28,233 bases of DNA from a virus (Duplodnaviria; Caudoviricetes), in IMG/VR virus record IMGVR_UViG_3300046718_000308, positions 1 through 28,233 of that record, one strand, 5' to 3'. Positions within the stretch are counted from its first letter, which is position 1; every line of letters begins with the position of its first letter. A program made the position numbers and the translations under genes. Under the pieces are notes generated by a model, which made no database searches, was not told where the DNA came from, and was given only the letters and a program-made list of their open reading frames with translations. This document shows positions 24,246 to 28,233 of the stretch, piece after piece.

Positions 24246-27200
24246 TGGCGCTTCCCACGTTCCTCAACTCCGTCGAAGTCGAGCGCACGGGCACGACGAA
24301 CCCGCAAACCTGGACGCACGTCCCGAACGGCACGGCGAAGGCCATTGTCGTGGCCATTGTCCACGGCACGAGCAGCACGGATCACGTCTCGGCCGTCACC
24401 TATGGTGGCGTGGCGATGACCCGAAAGATTCGGGCGACCGATACCGTCACTGAGCCGGGCGCCGCGGAATTGTGGTTCCTCGGCACGGGCATTCCGACCG
24501 GCAATCAAACCGTCAGCGCGAGTCTGAATACGAATACGACGGATGACATGCATTTCGTCTCCATGTCGTTCAGTGCGCCTGGGGATACGACCGCCTTCGT
24601 CTCCGGCTCCGTCAGCGAAAATCAAGCCGATCCCTCCGTCACGCTGGCCTACGGGGGGCGCACAGCGGTCGCGGTGGCCGCCCTCTATGGCGGGGGCGCG
24701 ACGTCGGCGGCCTTCACCCCCAACGGCAACTGCACGACGGTCCAGACGTTCAATATTGGCGCGAGTGCGTTCTATTCGAGTGTCATTCGGCAAACGACCG
24801 CCGGGACCGCCGACTTTGCCATTGGCGGCACGGCCGTCTCGGATGACGTCGCGTTCGTGGCGATGGCCCTGTCGGAGATTGCCAGTATTGGGGTCGTGGC
24901 AGGGGCCGCGACGGTCACCGGCGTGGCGTCCTTCTCAAGCTTCCGGCGCACGATTCTGAACGGACTGGATTCGGCGCAGGCCGAGGGCACCGGGTGGGAC
25001 GCGAAGAAGACCCTCATTGCCGAGTCTGCCGTCGTGCGGACCTCCGCGACGGTCGTCACGATCACGCTCCCGGCGATCGCCTCGTATGACATCACCGCCT
25101 CGGAGGTGATTACCGACACGGTGCCGGCGATTACGCTCGTCGGCGGGCTCGACCTCGTGGCGAGCCCAACACTCGGCATTACGGCCCTGAACGTGGGCGC
25201 CGTCACAGGAAATGCCACCGTCACCGCGGTGGGATCCTCGACGGCCGTCTCGAGCGGCGCCTCATCCGGCACGGCCACGGCCACTGGCGTGGGACGCGCC
25301 ACGGCGGTGAGTGCAGGCACGATCGCGGGCCTCGCCACGGCCGCCATGATCGGCCTCTCCACGGTCGTCAGCGTGGGCGCGGCGACCGGTGGGGCCACCG
25401 TGTTAGGCGTCAAGACGGGCGCCAGTAATGCGGTGTCGGTCGGGGCGGCGACGGTCTCCGGTGTGGGCGCGGCCTCGTCGCTCGGCATTGGCGCGGTGCC
25501 GTTTACCGACGATTTCAATCACTTCTCCATCGGGTTTACGTGGGAAACGGTGCTCGGGACGCCGTGGGATATTGTCAGCTCGCTCTATCTGAAGCCCTTC
25601 ACCGCGAATGCCTCGACCGCGGTGCGTGTGCGCGGCACGTTTGTCGATGACCAGTTTGCAGAAGTGTTCACCGAAGTGCCCACGCCGGGCGGGCTCGTGG
25701 CCTCGCAGGCTGGGCCAGCGGTGCGCATGGATGGCGTGGGCAGTTGCTATTACCTGCGGATCCTCTCCTCGAGCGTCTCCCTCTATAAACGGGTTCTCGG
25801 CGTCGAAACGCTCCTGAACAGCGCGGCCGTGACCACGCCGCTGGATACGCTGACCAAATTCCGGATTACCGTGGCCGGATCGCTGATCACCGTGATGGCG
25901 AACGGGGCGCAGATCTTTACGCAGAGTGATACGGCCCTCATTAGTGGTAAGCCGGGTTGTGCGGGCCTGATGGGGGATGCCGCGATCTTGCCGCGGTTTG
26001 ATAATTTCAGTTCGACGCTCCCCGGGGCGCTCGCGCAGGGGGCGGGCGCCTTTACCTCGGCGCAGCCAGGCGCCAGCACCGGACTCGCCACCGTGCTGGG
26101 CGTCGGTCAACCCCTGTCGCAAGCCATCGGGGCCTCGCTCGGGACGGCCTCCGTGGTGGGGCGGTATGGCGCCTTCGTCGATGCGCGGCGGCCGATTCTG
26201 AACGGGTTGGTCAGTGCGCAAAGCGAGACGCACGGCTGGAACGCGATCCGTGCGCTCATTCCCGATGCGGCCGTCGTGCGGACGTCGAATACGGTCGTCA
26301 CGATTACGCTGCCGGGCTTGCCGAGCTATGCGATCTCGGCGCTCGAGACGATTACCGATACCGTGCCGGGGATCGCCCTGAACAGCGGCCTCCCGCTGGT
26401 CGCGACGCCCACGTTTGGCGTGATCCCGAATAGCGAAGCGGATGGCGCGGTCGATGGGGTGGCGGATGTCCAAGGCATCAGCCAATCGACCTATCGGTCA
26501 CTCGCCGCGGCTGCCGGCTCGGCCACCGTCACCGGCGTCGGGGCCTCCCTCAGTGGCACGGGAGCGGGGATCGGGGCCGCTGTGGGCGCCGCCGTGCCCC
26601 TCGCCGCGAGCACCGTCAGTGCAGCGGGTGTTGGGATCGCGGTCGGGGCCGCCGGGGCCGATGGCCAGAAACAGGTCGGGAATCAGGGGATCAGTTTCTG
26701 CACCTCGACCGTCACCGCCGTGGGCACGGGCACGGTCGTGCGAGGCGCGACGGCGCAAGGGTCGGCCTCCGTCATCGGGGTAGGGTCCGCGTCATCGGTC
26801 GCTATCGGCGCCGCTACCGGCGCCGCCACGGTCCTGGGGAGTCAAGCCCTCGGCTCACTGGGCCTCGTCACGGGTGCGGCCGCAGTCAGTGGCGTGGGGC
26901 AATCGGTGGCGATTGGGGTGGGGAATGCGAGCGGCGGCTCGTCCGTCGTGGGGAGTGGGGCGGGCCTCGGCGCCTCGGTCGGCTTAGTTTTCGGCACGTC
27001 CACGGCCACGGCGGTCAGTAGTGGCAGTGGCACCGGCGTGGCGCAAGGGGATGCGCTGGTGCAAGGCGTGGGCATCGCGTTCCGGATCGGCGTCGGGGTC
27101 GTGACGGGCACCGCGATCGTCCTCGGCGGGGGCGGGAATGCCATTTCCGTGGGCCTGGCGGCCGGGGATTCGACGGTGACCGCCGTCGGGGGTGTGGTGG

Positions 27201-27256
27201 TGCCGAGCAGCTTTAAGCCGGCCTGGGCGAGTAACAGCAATCAGCGGGTAGCCTAA
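24245..27256 (+). CDS. Multidomain fibre/adhesin: beta-sandwich, two 84-aa modules, ConA-like lectin domain, ~20 G/A/S/T/V repeats
   Basis: VSAVTYGGVAMT domain; FTDDF...AGPAVR...YYLRI...FRITVAGSLITV...SGKPG...RFDNF at 25502-26020; C-terminal FKPAWASNSNQ. Confidence 0.75.
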   Translation: MALPTFLNSVEVERTGTTNPQTWTHVPNGTAKAIVVAIVHGTSSTDHVSAVTYGGVAMTRKIRATDTVTEPGAAELWFLGTGIPTGNQTVSASLNTNTTDDMHFVSMSFSAPGDTTAFVSGSVSENQADPSVTLAYGGRTAVAVAALYGGGATSAAFTPNGNCTTVQTFNIGASAFYSSVIRQTTAGTADFAIGGTAVSDDVAFVAMALSEIASIGVVAGAATVTGVASFSSFRRTILNGLDSAQAEGTGWDAKKTLIAESAVVRTSATVVTITLPAIASYDITASEVITDTVPAITLVGGLDLVASPTLGITALNVGAVTGNATVTAVGSSTAVSSGASSGTATATGVGRATAVSAGTIAGLATAAMIGLSTVVSVGAATGGATVLGVKTGASNAVSVGAATVSGVGAASSLGIGAVPFTDDFNHFSIGFTWETVLGTPWDIVSSLYLKPFTANASTAVRVRGTFVDDQFAEVFTEVPTPGGLVASQAGPAVRMDGVGSCYYLRILSSSVSLYKRVLGVETLLNSAAVTTPLDTLTKFRITVAGSLITVMANGAQIFTQSDTALISGKPGCAGLMGDAAILPRFDNFSSTLPGALAQGAGAFTSAQPGASTGLATVLGVGQPLSQAIGASLGTASVVGRYGAFVDARRPILNGLVSAQSETHGWNAIRALIPDAAVVRTSNTVVTITLPGLPSYAISALETITDTVPGIALNSGLPLVATPTFGVIPNSEADGAVDGVADVQGISQSTYRSLAAAAGSATVTGVGASLSGTGAGIGAAVGAAVPLAASTVSAAGVGIAVGAAGADGQKQVGNQGISFCTSTVTAVGTGTVVRGATAQGSASVIGVGSASSVAIGAATGAATVLGSQALGSLGLVTGAAAVSGVGQSVAIGVGNASGGSSVVGSGAGLGASVGLVFGTSTATAVSSGSGTGVAQGDALVQGVGIAFRIGVGVVTGTAIVLGGGGNAISVGLAAGDSTVTAVGGVVVPSSFKPAWASNSNQRVA

Positions 27257-27260
27257 GCGT

Positions 27261-28233
27261 ATGGTCCCTATCGGCGCACAACTCATTGACGCCACGACGG
27301 GCCTTCCCTTTACCGGGATGGTCTCAGCCTTCGCCACGCTGGATACCGCCGCACAACTCCCGATGGCGGGGGCCGTCACGAATGAGGGGAACGGGCTGTT
27401 TACCGTCCTACCCTCCTCGACGGAACGCGGCGGGCGTTGGAATGCCTATACCTTCGTCGGTCCGGGCGCGGTCCCGGTCACGACGGTTACGAGCGAGCCG
27501 TTTCAGCGCCGGAGTGCCGGGCAAGTCTGCGGCGCGCAGATCAATCAGATTCTGGATGGCTCGGCCTATACGGGCCTGATCACGGTCTTCGTCACGGGAG
27601 ACGCCGGCAGCGAAGTGCTCGGCCTCGGGACGGTCACCGCGAAGGGGAACGGCTATTTCACCTATGAGCCGACGGCGGCCGAAACTGATTTCGGGATCAT
27701 TGCCTATTCGTTTGTCGGCGTGGGCGCGATTGGCGCGGCCATTCAGGTTCAGACGGTCAGCCCGCTCGTCACCGAACCGCCCGTCAGTCACCTCATTAAG
27801 TCGGCGTTTATCAAGCTCTCGGTGCTCGGGGCACTCGATGCCCTGGCACCGGAGGATGCGGCGTTTGGCCTCGAGGAACTGAACCGCATTCTCGACAACT
27901 GGAACGCGGAACGGCAGGCCGTTTACTGCACGCAAACGACCTCCTTCACCTTGGTGCCGAATCTCTCGCCCCATACGATTGGGCCCACCGGCTCCTGGAC
28001 GATGACGCAGCGGCCGGTCACGATTGAATCCCTCGCGTGGCTCAGTGGGCAGATTTTCACCGACATCGAGGTGTATCTCGATCCGTTGCGCTATGCGGCA
28101 CTTGCCCAACCGAGTTTGCCGGGGATTCCGACGGAGTGTTTTTACGAACCGGCGTGGCCGAATGGCCGGTTGTTCTTCTACCCGGTGCCCATTACGGCCT
28201 ATCAGGTCGATCTCTTGGCGCGCGTGCAGCTGG
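27261..28233 (+). CDS. Head-to-tail adaptor (P22 gp4-like) with two extra N-terminal beta-domains; 3'-truncated by window edge
   Basis: Absent from the ORF track (no stop in window). Open from ATG 27261; from ~27783 VSHLIKSAFIKLSVLGA...EDAAFGLEELNRILDNWN...HTIGPTG...RPVTIE...FYEPAWPNGRLFFYPVP. Confidence 0.75.
   Translation, partial: MVPIGAQLIDATTGLPFTGMVSAFATLDTAAQLPMAGAVTNEGNGLFTVLPSSTERGGRWNAYTFVGPGAVPVTTVTSEPFQRRSAGQVCGAQINQILDGSAYTGLITVFVTGDAGSEVLGLGTVTAKGNGYFTYEPTAAETDFGIIAYSFVGVGAIGAAIQVQTVSPLVTEPPVSHLIKSAFIKLSVLGALDALAPEDAAFGLEELNRILDNWNAERQAVYCTQTTSFTLVPNLSPHTIGPTGSWTMTQRPVTIESLAWLSGQIFTDIEVYLDPLRYAALAQPSLPGIPTECFYEPAWPNGRLFFYPVPITAYQVDLLARVQL

Larger units (their letters stand above)
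12652..26425 (+). repeat. Three dispersed 252-nt (84-aa) paralogous modules: 12652-12903, 24932-25183, 26174-26425
   Basis: Ungapped consensus FxxxRRxILNGLxSAQxExxGWxA...AVVRTSxTVVTITLP...YxIxAxExxTDTVP...VAxPTxG. Confidence 0.95.

Noticed and set aside
24230-24260. Programmed frameshift fusing 23517-24245 to 24245-27256
   Set aside because: No slippery heptamer; ordinary TGATG coupling; a fusion would still leave ~230 aa between the fragment and the first module.
12652-26425. The 252-nt repeats as a diversity-generating retroelement TR/VR set
   Set aside because: Differences affect all bases rather than only adenines, all copies are coding, and no reverse transcriptase is in the window.
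19880-26485. Long minus-strand ORFs (19880-21013, 21424-23484, 25403-26485 and similar elsewhere)
   Set aside because: Arg/Gly-rich shadows of GC-rich plus-strand genes, with no motifs.

Overview
GC-rich window from a tailed dsDNA phage or prophage with P22-type head genes; nearly everything is on the + strand. 1-4.5 kb is an accessory region: DUF1064 nuclease-like protein, an atypical C5-cytosine methyltransferase, a Mom/GNAT-like protein, several tiny Cys-rich ORFs and a secreted protein. 4.5-17 kb holds small and large terminase, P22-like portal, an ADP-ribosyltransferase-fold protein, a fibre-like gene pair, scaffold, P22-like coat and a probable decoration protein. 17-28.2 kb is an appendage module (two beta-helix proteins, lectin/CBM-like domains, Gly/Ala/Ser/Thr/Val repeat proteins) ending in a truncated head-tail adaptor fusion. 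The best candidate for an undescribed system is modular fibre assembly: an 84-aa module occurs three times in two fibre-like proteins, and what looks like its missing N-terminal ~36 aa ends a separate carbohydrate-binding protein (split plug-and-socket domain). Also notable: ~20-aa beta-strand repeat tracts, signal-peptide proteins inside the virion operon, accessory genes flanked by duplicated gene ends, and a structured RNA before the scaffold gene. All family calls are by motif recognition; no searches were run. An Acidobacteriota host is a weak guess.
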